From the IMG/VR virus record IMGVR_UViG_3300014205_000016, positions 7,882 to 71,881 of that record: DNA of 64,000 nucleotides; one strand, 5' to 3'. This document shows, in pieces, positions 1 through 8,559 of the stretch. Each line of letters starts with the position of its first letter. Positions within the stretch are counted from its first letter, which is position 1. This DNA is from a virus. Lineage: Duplodnaviria; Caudoviricetes. The notes below the pieces were generated by a model. That model had not been told where the DNA came from, ran no database searches, and worked only from the letters and a program-made list of their open reading frames with translations. Made by a program: the position numbers and the translations under genes.

Positions 1-930
1 CAGAGCCTGCAAGCCGTCGCCTTCAGCTTGGGCTGGGTCGGCCATTGCTGGGTCGGCAGCGGCTGGATCGGTTGCTGCCGGGGCTGCGCCTTCGATCTGG
101 CTGGCCACGTCATCGTTCGGGTCGCTGACGTCGTTGGCTTCCGGTTCGGTGGCTGGGTCAGCTGCCGGAGCGGCTGCGACCGGCTCAGGCGTGGCAGGAT
201 CGGCGACCGCTGGGTCTTGATGTTCTGGCTCGGTGCCTTCCTCGGCGAGAAAGTTTTGCAACGCGTTGGAGAGCGCAGGAACGAGCGTTTGAAGTTCGGC
301 AATTGCGCTATCACGCGCTGCCTTATCCATTGCCTTTACTGGCTTTGGCATGGTGTTCTCCTTATCGGATGGGATGATGTCGAAACTGAGATGGTCAAAG
401 CACATACCATCCAATACTCTTGCCCCCGGCACCCGGCCCTCATGCACTAGCGCAATATGGTTGCCGCGCAAATTGGTCTGAACAACCTCATAGGCCTGCC
501 CGTTCCAAACGCCAGGCTTTTCCTCGAAGTCGCAGTCATACCCAAGCGAAAGGTCTTTCTTGCCTTTTGCCAGAGCGCGCTGCATCGAACGAGAAAACAC
601 CTTGATGTCGCCACGCATCCACGGGGCTTCATAGTACACGTTGCTGGTGAGGTGGCCACTAGTGCCGTAGTCCTCTGGTGCAGTGTTCTCTTGGTCGCCT
701 TGGAAGCCTGACAACATCACATGATCGTTGATCAGCGGAACGTCTTTGAACGAGGCGATGGCCTCTGGATCGCTTACCGCCGATTCTGGACGGAACACTT
801 TGACGATTCGCATAGGATCGCCAGGCAATCCTAGTTGTCCTGCTGAATAATCAAAGATGCCAAAAGACGACAACGGGCAACCCTTAACGAGTAGAAAGCC
901 GTTCCTGTCTATCTTGCGTGCGGTTGGCAT
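1..930 (-). CDS. DUF2213-family head maturation protease/scaffold protein (3'-truncated by window edge)
   Basis: Manual translation from ATG at 930: MPTARKIDRNGFLLVKGCPLSSFGIFDYSAGQLG...KKDLSLGYDCD...NHIALVHEGRVPGARVLDG, DUF2213-like motifs, then an acidic Ala/Pro-rich scaffold-like region; open to position 1, so absent from the ORF track. Confidence 0.85.
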   Translation of the reverse strand, partial: MPTARKIDRNGFLLVKGCPLSSFGIFDYSAGQLGLPGDPMRIVKVFRPESAVSDPEAIASFKDVPLINDHVMLSGFQGDQENTAPEDYGTSGHLTSNVYYEAPWMRGDIKVFSRSMQRALAKGKKDLSLGYDCDFEEKPGVWNGQAYEVVQTNLRGNHIALVHEGRVPGARVLDGMCFDHLSFDIIPSDKENTMPKPVKAMDKAARDSAIAELQTLVPALSNALQNFLAEEGTEPEHQDPAVADPATPEPVAAAPAADPATEPEANDVSDPNDDVASQIEGAAPAATDPAAADPAMADPAQAEGDGLQAL

Positions 931-964
931 CGAATGTTCGTCGCATAAACTGAAGTTGATCGGT

Positions 965-994
965 ATTATATGCGACTGTTACACGGCGGGCAAC
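965..994 (-). promoter_or_regulatory. sigma70-like promoter for head operon
   Basis: Minus strand TTGCCC-N18-TATAAT, 35 nt upstream of the ATG at 930. Confidence 0.6.
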
Positions 995-1103
995 TAAGCT
1001 AAGTAATATTATTTCAACGGGTTACTTGCCGCGAATATGTTCATTCAGATGGTGTCTAAGTCTGACGATATTTGCGAACTTACCGGCAGTTGGCAAGTTT
1101 CTT

Positions 1104-1387
1104 GGTGGGTTCGCCGCCGAGGGAAGTTGTCGACTAGTGTTATAGCCAAGTCAGCCGATGGGTTGAGTCTTTTTATACCTATAACTTACCTATATATCGG
1201 ATAAATAATTGTTATTGGATATATTATAAGGTCTAGGTTCACTAAGTGGATATGCTATATATCCCTTATATACGTTGAAAATCGATTTTTCTGCCGGTAT
1301 GCCGGGAAGTTAGCACCCAAACCAGCGGCCCGCCTGGGCTCCCTCAACTTACCGGAAGAAAGCCAGTTTCGCTCCCGGTAAGTTGAG
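1104..1387. repeat. Conserved non-coding element, copy 1 (copy 2 at 22765-23070)
   Basis: Shared blocks ggtgggWtcgccgccgagggaagttgtcga (1104-1133), atacctataacttacctatatatcgg (1175-1200), aaagccagtttYgctcccggKaagtt (1359-1384); 13-bp inverted repeat 1343-1355/1375-1387. Confidence 0.85.
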
Positions 1388-1557
1388 ACACCCAATTGAC
1401 GTGTTAAGCGGCAATTACGATCAAAGTTCCAACGATTATCACAATATCAATCGCGGCAAACTTGAAGCTGAAAAAGCCCGGTCGGTCATACTCTTTCATA
1501 AATTGCGCGATTGGATTGCAATGCGATTTACGGGCGACTCTGGTTGCAGCGGCCATA

Positions 1558-1767
1558 CTATTCACCTCTGAGTGCTTTTTCAATGAGTGTTAGGGTGTTG
1601 ATCAGCCCTTTCAGAAGTTCTGCTGGCTGGACTGCATCACTTGCTTTGTTTTCTCTTTGTTTCGCATAAGCAATCGCCACAGCTTGTTTCGGCGGCTTGC
1701 CTGCTTCCAGCTCCGTTTTTACGTTCTCTTCCCTTGCTGCATTGCTAGTTCCGCTTGAGAGTGGCAT
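1558..1767 (-). CDS. Small head-module protein (69 aa)
   Basis: [21 protein letters not shown] motif seen in small phage head-module proteins; directly downstream of MuF. Confidence 0.7.
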   Translation of the reverse strand: MPLSSGTSNAAREENVKTELEAGKPPKQAVAIAYAKQRENKASDAVQPAELLKGLINTLTLIEKALRGE

Positions 1768-1776
1768 GATAAATCC

Positions 1777-2616
1777 TCAACGAATGATTGGAACGCGACG
1801 GCAGCGACAGTTGATGGCCCATCCAGGCGGTCCTTGGTCTGCTTTCGGGCCTTCCCAAAGTCGCGGATCATTCACCTTGAATACCATCCCGTCCTTTTCT
1901 ACGTGACTGTGACGCGGGGTCTTTCCAGCAGAGGAGTGAAGCCACTCGAACTCATCAACTCCGTTCTCCTCCATCCTTGCGTCACTAAGGGCGTTGTATA
2001 ACTTGCTTGTCTGGTCTCTGGTGATTAAGTCAATGCGCTCTTTTGACTTTTCGCCAGCAGCCTTCAACGCGGCCTGAATACCAGATTGACCTTGCTGTTC
2101 TGGGTCCGGCGATGTCAGGGAAAGCATCACAGACTTGTAAATCTTATCGTGAACCTCTTCCCCAAGCCCAGTTATGAGCGTATGGTTGAAGTCCACCGAG
2201 GCTTTAAGCGTATTCGCCACATCACGGTTGTAAGTGGCTACAGGCGCCTTCAAGCCTGCTATACTTAGACTGTGGAGTGTGGCCGAAGTTGCCTGGCCGT
2301 CTACTTTTTCAACGAACTCAGGCGCGAGGGTTGCAGCAAACCCCTCAAAGATGCGCGACCACCTTTGCTGAAGGCTTTTAAGGACAAAGTTGAACGAGTC
2401 AGAGAATATGGCGTCCGTCGCGTAAAACCGTTTGCCCTCCTCAGACTTCACCTCTTTTGCGATCTGCTCTTTGTACTCGGCAATCATGGCCTTGGTCATC
2501 GCCGATAACTTTTTCTTGTACCAAAGCTCCAGAGCGTAGGAAGGGACAATAGGCAAGCCTCTTCCGACGGGCTCTGGTGCCCGCCGCGCCCTAACCTTGG
2601 AAGCGACAAACGCCAT
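1777..2616 (-). CDS. Phage Mu F-like minor head protein
   Basis: ITRDQTSKL, FEWLHS, RHSH and C-terminal PPGWAINCRCRR motifs; start placed at ATG 2616 overlapping the portal stop (TAATG) rather than 2778. Confidence 0.9.
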   Translation of the reverse strand: MAFVASKVRARRAPEPVGRGLPIVPSYALELWYKKKLSAMTKAMIAEYKEQIAKEVKSEEGKRFYATDAIFSDSFNFVLKSLQQRWSRIFEGFAATLAPEFVEKVDGQATSATLHSLSIAGLKAPVATYNRDVANTLKASVDFNHTLITGLGEEVHDKIYKSVMLSLTSPDPEQQGQSGIQAALKAAGEKSKERIDLITRDQTSKLYNALSDARMEENGVDEFEWLHSSAGKTPRHSHVEKDGMVFKVNDPRLWEGPKADQGPPGWAINCRCRRVPIIR

Positions 2617-4973
2617 TACAGCTCGCCCAGCGGTTTGGTTGTGTCGCCGGTTTCCACCCACGACTTGAACGAGGTGATAGGCATCGTCACCATGGAGCCG
2701 AGACCATCCCATCCTGGTTTGTAGGAGTTCAAATAGGCTTGCTTGGCTTGCGAGGCCGAGTTGAAGCCGAGCATGCACTTGTGCTCGTCAAATACGCCGT
2801 TCTGATCGACTTGGTTTATGACGAATACCCGGTTGGACTTCAGGTTTTCACCGATGAAGCAATCGACCTCATCGCCGTCCGCGCCTTTGGTTCCTTTGAT
2901 GAAGCCGTAGTGGTGAGGCATTTTGATTTTCCAGTCGCCGTTCTTGCCTTGACGAACGGAGCCGCGTGGGTTCTCGATGCAGGCGATCAAACCAGACACC
3001 TTGATGCGTGGCAGGTCAGCAACGTCCTTTGTCGGGACAATACTGCCAGCACCTACCACATTGGCGTTGACTCCTGTCACGCTTGGTTTAACGGTGCGCT
3101 TGATGCCTGGCGTCGAATCGTTCGCGAGGTCTTTGCCTTCTTGCAGCGCCTCATCTTGTAGGCGATCAAGAACGCTCACCAACTGCTGCATCAGCACTTC
3201 TGCCTGCTGTCGCTGCGGGTTTGGTTTCGGCGCGGTATCGGTCGGAGGTTTCGGCGCCACAGGAACGCCTTTAGGGGCGATTGGCGCGGCAGGCTTAGCC
3301 ATCGACGGCCCAGGAGCGGCCCCGCCCAGCGCTGGTGTGTTAGCCTGTGGCGGAATCCCGTTGAGGCCCGCCTGCTGGGCTTCCGATCCTGCCTTTTCGA
3401 ACGCTGCGATGTTTTCTGGCGACATGCCTGGCTCATCGTTGGCCGTTTCGTTGCTGAGTCGGTTGTACCCTGCATGTTTGTCGTCGCGCAGGCGTTGGCG
3501 CACCTCTTCCGGCGACACCGCGCCCATGGTGATGTATTTTTGGTCTGTGTCGGCCTTCTTGTCGTTGAGGTCGGCGCGCTCTTTGGTTGTGATCGAATCG
3601 ACCGGGTTCCAGACGATGGAGATTTTCACGTCCATCTCAAGCGACTTCAGAGCGATCAGGTAGTGACGATCAAGAAGCGGGTCATACACGTGCTCTTGAA
3701 TGGATTCAAGTTCCTCGTGATACGATACCATCTCAAACTCGCCTGTGGCGTTGAAGCCTTTCGGGCTGGTGCCAAGCAGCTTGGTCGCCGGAGTCTTGGC
3801 GATGGACGAAACCAGTTGATACTGGTTCATAATCACCGAGTCGAAGTCTGACAAGTTAGTGTCAAACTGCTCCATCGTCTCATCTTTACCAAGCACTTTC
3901 ACCGCGTGGTTGTCGCGGTACTTGACCCAGAACAAAAGTTTTTCGACAAACGACGACTCGTTGGTCATGGCCTTCGCCACGTCGACGTGAATTGCAGTCG
4001 TTCGTTTATTGAGCGCCAGCAACGGAGCCTCGTTGGCGGTCCGTTCTGCGGCATACACACGCTCATAAATTCGCTGGGTGAGCGGAATCCCGCCGAAAAT
4101 GTACGTCGGCTTCAGGATGTCGGCTGGCTGCGGGCCGCGAGCGATGATCAGATGTGATCGGTGATACTTCTTGCCGCTGATTACCCAGTACTCAGGATCA
4201 TAGAAGTGGATGCCGGCAGGGTTGGAAGTCGACTCAGCCGTCATCATCGGCGTCATCCAGTACGGGTCAATCTGGGAGATGCCTTGATAAGAGCCTGGGA
4301 CGACGCCATCAACGTTGAATGGCTTCTCGTAATAATCCGGGTCTTCACTTTCCACCTGGAAGATGGCCACGCGGATGCCAAACACGTTTTTGAAACGGTT
4401 GAACTCTTCCAGGTTCGATTTGATCCTGAAGTTGGTGTCCATTTCACGCAGTTGGCTCAGTTGAGCATCGTCAAGGTCTTTGCCGTCCGTCTTCAACTCC
4501 CATCCATTGCGGATGGCGTCTTCACCGGACATTGAGCAAGCCTTGTCCACGAGCCAGTGCTGGGCGATGATCGCGCAGGCCTGATACCCGATGAAGCCTT
4601 GACTGGAATACCATTCTTGGAGCTGTTGCGGCACTTGATAGTTGTTGCGGCCGTTCGCGCCCTTGAGGCTGTCGCCGGATTCCGCATTGTCCATCACAAC
4701 GCTATCCCCGACGGCGCTGTCCATAATCCCTACTGGCTTTGGCATGTAAATAGGGAAGATGTCTGCCGTTGGAAGTTCCATGTCAAAGCGTGGCGGCTTG
4801 TCTTTTCCGTCCCAGCCACGACCAGGTTTGGAGCGCGCAACAGGGTCTAGCGGGTCATAGGACGGCGCGTGTGGCGGCAGCTCATCGTCCTTATTAGTCT
4901 CAACTTTCTTACTTGGGTTGACGCGGTCAATCGCCGCCGAAAGAGAGTTGAGAAGCCAGACTATTTTGCTCAT
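2616..4973 (-). CDS. Portal protein (DUF1073-type) with C-terminal InPase-like domain
   Basis: FIGYQACAIIAQHWLVDKAC, YHRSHLII, TPATKLLGTSPKGFNATGE, MGAVSPEEVRQRL; Pro/Ala linker; then HYGFIKGTKGADGDEVDCFIG...FDEHKCMLGF. Confidence 0.9.
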   Translation of the reverse strand: MSKIVWLLNSLSAAIDRVNPSKKVETNKDDELPPHAPSYDPLDPVARSKPGRGWDGKDKPPRFDMELPTADIFPIYMPKPVGIMDSAVGDSVVMDNAESGDSLKGANGRNNYQVPQQLQEWYSSQGFIGYQACAIIAQHWLVDKACSMSGEDAIRNGWELKTDGKDLDDAQLSQLREMDTNFRIKSNLEEFNRFKNVFGIRVAIFQVESEDPDYYEKPFNVDGVVPGSYQGISQIDPYWMTPMMTAESTSNPAGIHFYDPEYWVISGKKYHRSHLIIARGPQPADILKPTYIFGGIPLTQRIYERVYAAERTANEAPLLALNKRTTAIHVDVAKAMTNESSFVEKLLFWVKYRDNHAVKVLGKDETMEQFDTNLSDFDSVIMNQYQLVSSIAKTPATKLLGTSPKGFNATGEFEMVSYHEELESIQEHVYDPLLDRHYLIALKSLEMDVKISIVWNPVDSITTKERADLNDKKADTDQKYITMGAVSPEEVRQRLRDDKHAGYNRLSNETANDEPGMSPENIAAFEKAGSEAQQAGLNGIPPQANTPALGGAAPGPSMAKPAAPIAPKGVPVAPKPPTDTAPKPNPQRQQAEVLMQQLVSVLDRLQDEALQEGKDLANDSTPGIKRTVKPSVTGVNANVVGAGSIVPTKDVADLPRIKVSGLIACIENPRGSVRQGKNGDWKIKMPHHYGFIKGTKGADGDEVDCFIGENLKSNRVFVINQVDQNGVFDEHKCMLGFNSASQAKQAYLNSYKPGWDGLGSMVTMPITSFKSWVETGDTTKPLGEL

Positions 4974-5008
4974 ATTAGTTAGTCACGTTAGTTGACATTG
5001 ATGTCGCG

Positions 5009-5039
5009 TATTATAGTGTTTATATGGACTATAGGGCAA
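5009..5039 (-). promoter_or_regulatory. sigma70-like promoter for portal
   Basis: Minus strand TTGCCC-N18-TATAAT, same architecture as at 965-994. Confidence 0.6.
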
Positions 5040-5098
5040 TAAGGTTAATTGTTTGGTTATTTGTTAGTTCAACTAAGTAATGTTTGTGAATAAACCGC

Positions 5099-5127
5099 TT
5101 GCCTTCCTATCAAAATGCCGATACGAT
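5099..5127 (+). promoter_or_regulatory. sigma70-like promoter
   Basis: TTGCCT-N17-TACGAT upstream of ORF 5155. Confidence 0.5.
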
Positions 5128-5154
5128 CAACCCATTACATAGGAGCGTCAAAAA

Positions 5155-5346
5155 ATGCAAGACGTTGTAGCGGGATATGTCCTGGCCCTGTTGACCTGTT
5201 TCGGTAGCGAATACAATTGCGAAATCAAGCAGGTCACGTCAGAAGTGTACTCAACGGAGAGCCAGTGCGAATGGGAACTCAAAAACCAGTCGCATTACTA
5301 TCCAGCAGATAAACTCCATTGCGCAGAAGTCCGTCGGGCTCGCTGA
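5155..5346 (+). CDS. Small Cys-containing exported/membrane hypothetical protein
   Basis: SD aggag; hydrophobic N-terminus YVLALLTC; four Cys. Confidence 0.7.
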   Translation: MQDVVAGYVLALLTCFGSEYNCEIKQVTSEVYSTESQCEWELKNQSHYYPADKLHCAEVRRAR

Positions 5347-5355
5347 GGAATTGCC

Positions 5356-5751
5356 ATGAAACTTAAATCCACCTTCGGTCTGGCCATCTGGCTTGGCGTA
5401 GCACCCCTCTCTGCAATCGCCGCTGGCGTCAACGGGCTCAACGTCTATACGGACGCCAAGGTTCTGGAGTGCTCGGAGAAAATCTACCGACATATACACG
5501 GTGAAGACCCCGGACCTGCCATTCACACCGGTTTCGTACAGGTCATCGACTTCGGCGACTCGTTTTTTGCCATCAGCACCGACAACAACGCGCTGGCTTA
5601 TAGCGGCCCGCTTTCTGAGTTGAGAGATAACAACTTCAGAGAGGGACGCCCTGTCCCAGGTGTGGTGATGGCGAAGGGTGGCCGGAAGCAAACTGGCGTG
5701 TACATCTACACCAATCCTACCAGCAGCATCGTCTGGGATTGCAGAAAATAA
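5356..5751 (+). CDS. Secreted hypothetical protein
   Basis: SD gagga; Sec signal MKLKSTFGLAIWLGVAPLSAIA/A; two Cys. Confidence 0.7.
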   Translation: MKLKSTFGLAIWLGVAPLSAIAAGVNGLNVYTDAKVLECSEKIYRHIHGEDPGPAIHTGFVQVIDFGDSFFAISTDNNALAYSGPLSELRDNNFREGRPVPGVVMAKGGRKQTGVYIYTNPTSSIVWDCRK

Positions 5752-5814
5752 CTTTACGTCAGCTTTGACTTGGCCTATAGTTAAAGAACCTTACACCAGA
5801 AAGCGAGAATAAGC

Positions 5815-6603
5815 ATGAAAATTTATCTTGTCACCATGAAGTCGTTGCCTAACGACAGCATTAACGAGCGGTTGAAGAGTATGGCCATCGAGGCAGCGTG
5901 GCACGCTGAGAATCCTAATTACACTCCTGTAGCGAAAGTTGAAGAGGCCGTAGCAGAGGCCGACCCAGACCCATTTGGCACGCCGGTTCCTGTACCAGCT
6001 CCAGCCCCAGAAGGGCCGCCCGCCCGCCAGTATTCTTGGATTAACCAGAAGGACGATGCCGCCAAGTTGGCAGTTTGGCGCAATGCTTTGACGACTCGTA
6101 AGACTTTGCTGGAAAGCGCCGGAATCACTATCAATCCTGATCGTGAGCCTAAAGAAGACGCGAACGAATACGAACGCAACCGTCACTTCGACAACCCGAC
6201 CTTTGCATGCGTCGGTGATCAACTCCTGAAAATTCTCGAAGTTGATGATTCGATCACGGTCAAGTCTGCGGCACCTATCGCGACCGATAGCCACGAAGGG
6301 CTCTTGGCGCGTCTGGCTGCTGTCGTCGCCAAGCTGGAAAATGTCGAAATTCCCGACCCACAGAACATCCCAGGCCACATCTACAACGAGCATTGCGAGG
6401 TCCACACGCCAGGCAACATGCTTGCGACGTACAACGAGACGATGCTGCTTGAGGACTGCTGCACCGACCAACTCCAAATGTCTATGGACGACGGCTGGCG
6501 AATCGTCGCAGTTTGTCCACAGGCTCAGCGCCGCCCGGACTATATCATGGGCCGGTGGAACCCTGACTATGCATCTGGCAACGGGGCCAAGCGTAAGCCG
6601 TGA
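5815..6603 (+). CDS. Hypothetical protein (262 aa)
   Basis: Long ORF after TTTACG-N17-TATAGT; C-terminal GWRIVAVCPQ...RRPDYIMGR. Confidence 0.75.
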   Translation: MKIYLVTMKSLPNDSINERLKSMAIEAAWHAENPNYTPVAKVEEAVAEADPDPFGTPVPVPAPAPEGPPARQYSWINQKDDAAKLAVWRNALTTRKTLLESAGITINPDREPKEDANEYERNRHFDNPTFACVGDQLLKILEVDDSITVKSAAPIATDSHEGLLARLAAVVAKLENVEIPDPQNIPGHIYNEHCEVHTPGNMLATYNETMLLEDCCTDQLQMSMDDGWRIVAVCPQAQRRPDYIMGRWNPDYASGNGAKRKP

Positions 6604-6794
6604 AGCTGCGACGGTTTGTGAGGACGGCAAAGCGTAAGCGAAAGCAGGTCACCTGCCATTCTACTGATTGCTACGCCTTCCCTCACAGGCTTGGTGGAGG
6701 CAAGTGCAAGTTTCTCGACCTCGACCACTACAAGGACGGCACGCCGATTGACCTTGGCCCGCCGTCTCAACCCGATGATGAGTATCCATTCTGA
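6600..6794 (+). CDS. Hypothetical protein with Cys/His motif
   Basis: GTGA overlap with upstream stop; VTCHSTDCYAFPHRLGGGKC. Confidence 0.65.
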   Translation: MKLRRFVRTAKRKRKQVTCHSTDCYAFPHRLGGGKCKFLDLDHYKDGTPIDLGPPSQPDDEYPF

Positions 6795-6801
6795 GGTGAA
6801 T

Positions 6802-7068
6802 ATGAAAGAGTTCAACGTCGATGTTATCCGCGCTACCCTTCGCCCAATCCGTTTGTACCACTGGATGAAACTCCAGGAGCACCGCAAGCGTGAGAAAGAA
6901 GGGTTGGGCATGGAGACCAATCTTGGCAATATGATCGCAAACACCCAAAACAAAATATGCTCCCAACACCTTGGATTCATCCAATCGATGAACGAGCATT
7001 TTGAAGCGGGCGACACCGCCGAGCGTGACCAGTTATCCATCGAAGCAATATGCGACATTCTCCTGTAA
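6802..7068 (+). CDS. Hypothetical protein
   Basis: SD gaggtg before ATG 6802, in frame with track ORF 6691..7068. Confidence 0.65.
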   Translation: MKEFNVDVIRATLRPIRLYHWMKLQEHRKREKEGLGMETNLGNMIANTQNKICSQHLGFIQSMNEHFEAGDTAERDQLSIEAICDILL

Positions 7069-7075
7069 ATAATTC

Positions 7076-7119
7076 TTGCCTGATGGTTTGAGTCTCAGTA
7101 TACTGACGGCTCAAACCAT
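7076..7119 (+). promoter_or_regulatory. sigma70-like promoter with -10 inside an inverted repeat
   Basis: TTGCCT(7076)-N17-TATACT(7099); arms atggtttgag 7083-7092 / ctcaaaccat 7110-7119 enclosing palindrome tcagtatactga. Confidence 0.7.
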
Positions 7120-7146
7120 TCACATCCCTACAGCAGAGGATTTGGC

Positions 7147-8058
7147 ATGAACTCTCCAGCATTCAGCGGCTTCGATGACCTCGGCGACGACTTCGATTCG
7201 CAACCCATCGCCAACGGCCTTCCAGAAACTATTGAAGCGGCCTCAGATGGCAAAAGCATCCAGTTCAAAGGCGACTTCAAAGAGAAGTGCCCTCGTTGCG
7301 CCGGGTCCGGGCGCTACCACCGCGTCACCGAGCACGGCACCGTTTGCCTGAAGTGCAAGGGTCACGGCTTTCTGTATTTCAAATCATCGGCTGAGGACCG
7401 CGCCAAATCCCGCAAGGCGTCGGCAAACAGCAAAGCCAAGAAGGCCGTCGGAAACCTGGAGACGTTCGAGGCGGCCAACCCTGAGATTGCCGCGTGGTGG
7501 AACGGTGATAACCGTGACTTTCAATTTGCAGTCTCGCTCCGCGAGTGGGTGTCCAAACACGGCAAGCTCAGCGAGGGCCAGATGCGCGCAGCCCTCAAGT
7601 GCATTGAGTCGGTCGCTGCCAAGGTCCGGGCGAAAGACGAGCGCGCCCAGCACGCAGCCGAGATTGGCCCGGTGGATGTGAGCTGCATCGTCAAGGCGAT
7701 CAAGAAGGCGTCCGATAAAGGACTGAAGAATCCAAAGATCAGGCTGATGGCCGGCGCCGTCGGTATCATCGTGTATCGCGCATCCGCCCACGGCAATAAC
7801 GCTGGCTCGCTTTACGTCAAAAGCGTTGGAGAAGCCGAGTATTTGGGCAAGATTACAGACGGCTTGTTCTATCGGTCCCGGTCGACCTCTGAGGAGCTGG
7901 AAACGGACATTGTCAAGGCGTGTTCTACTGCTGACGTGGCGGCAGTTGCCTACGGCAGGGCCACCGGCGAGTGTTCGTGTTGCGGGCGCGAACTTACCGA
8001 CCCTATCTCAATCCGTAACGGCATCGGACCTATCTGCGCAGATAAGTTTTTCGGTTGA
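7147..8058 (+). CDS. Zn-finger protein with C-terminal DUF6011-like domain
   Basis: CPRCAGSG...CLKCKGHG (DnaJ-type Zn motif) and CSCCGRELTDPISIRNGIGPIC. Confidence 0.75.
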   Translation: MNSPAFSGFDDLGDDFDSQPIANGLPETIEAASDGKSIQFKGDFKEKCPRCAGSGRYHRVTEHGTVCLKCKGHGFLYFKSSAEDRAKSRKASANSKAKKAVGNLETFEAANPEIAAWWNGDNRDFQFAVSLREWVSKHGKLSEGQMRAALKCIESVAAKVRAKDERAQHAAEIGPVDVSCIVKAIKKASDKGLKNPKIRLMAGAVGIIVYRASAHGNNAGSLYVKSVGEAEYLGKITDGLFYRSRSTSEELETDIVKACSTADVAAVAYGRATGECSCCGRELTDPISIRNGIGPICADKFFG

Positions 8059-8072
8059 GTACCAGTCCGGCC

Positions 8073-8108
8073 GCTGGCGCGCACCAACATTAAATGGTGC
8101 GCGCCAGC
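8073..8108. other. Perfect 14-bp inverted repeat (hairpin)
   Basis: gctggcgcgcacca-acattaaa-tggtgcgcgccagc; no U-tract. Confidence 0.6.
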
Positions 8109-8160
8109 CATCAATGGAGTACAATGAAGGAGCTACACAACTAAAATTGGGAGGTGCCCG

Positions 8161-8547
8161 GTGATCCACTTAGGGCGTTTTGTATACATTCTGTCTGAGA
8201 CAGGCGCTGTCAGTTCGTCAGCGACTTCTAATGGCAGCGGAAACGGTGGAGGAGGTGTTATCGTGGATAGCTGGGAATATGCTTTAATCACTTGGGCGAT
8301 CACCCAGGCGTTCATTCTTGTGAACGTAACGCGTGACGCCAACTCTGCAATCGTCACCGCCGATATTCAATGGCCGGATGGCGTCAATGGAACCCTCATC
8401 ATCGATAAAGTAAGTGACTTTCCAGGCGTTGTTGATGCTTGGCGCGCAACTTACGCGTCTGACCCGATGAAGACGGTCACCCAATCCGCCGTGACGCGTG
8501 ACGCGAACGGCGCGGTGATTAACCAGCCAATCATTACAGTAACTTGA
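8161..8547 (+). CDS. Hypothetical protein, possible adaptor for the downstream hydrolase
   Basis: SD ggaggtg + GTG; repeated VTRDAN motif and WPDG motif; SD of next gene follows immediately. Confidence 0.7.
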   Translation: MIHLGRFVYILSETGAVSSSATSNGSGNGGGGVIVDSWEYALITWAITQAFILVNVTRDANSAIVTADIQWPDGVNGTLIIDKVSDFPGVVDAWRATYASDPMKTVTQSAVTRDANGAVINQPIITVT

Positions 8548-8559
8548 GGAAGTTAGATC

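Noticed and set aside
2617-2778. N-terminal extension of MuF in the ORF track
   Set aside because: Overlaps the portal 3' end; ATG 2616 is coupled to the portal stop
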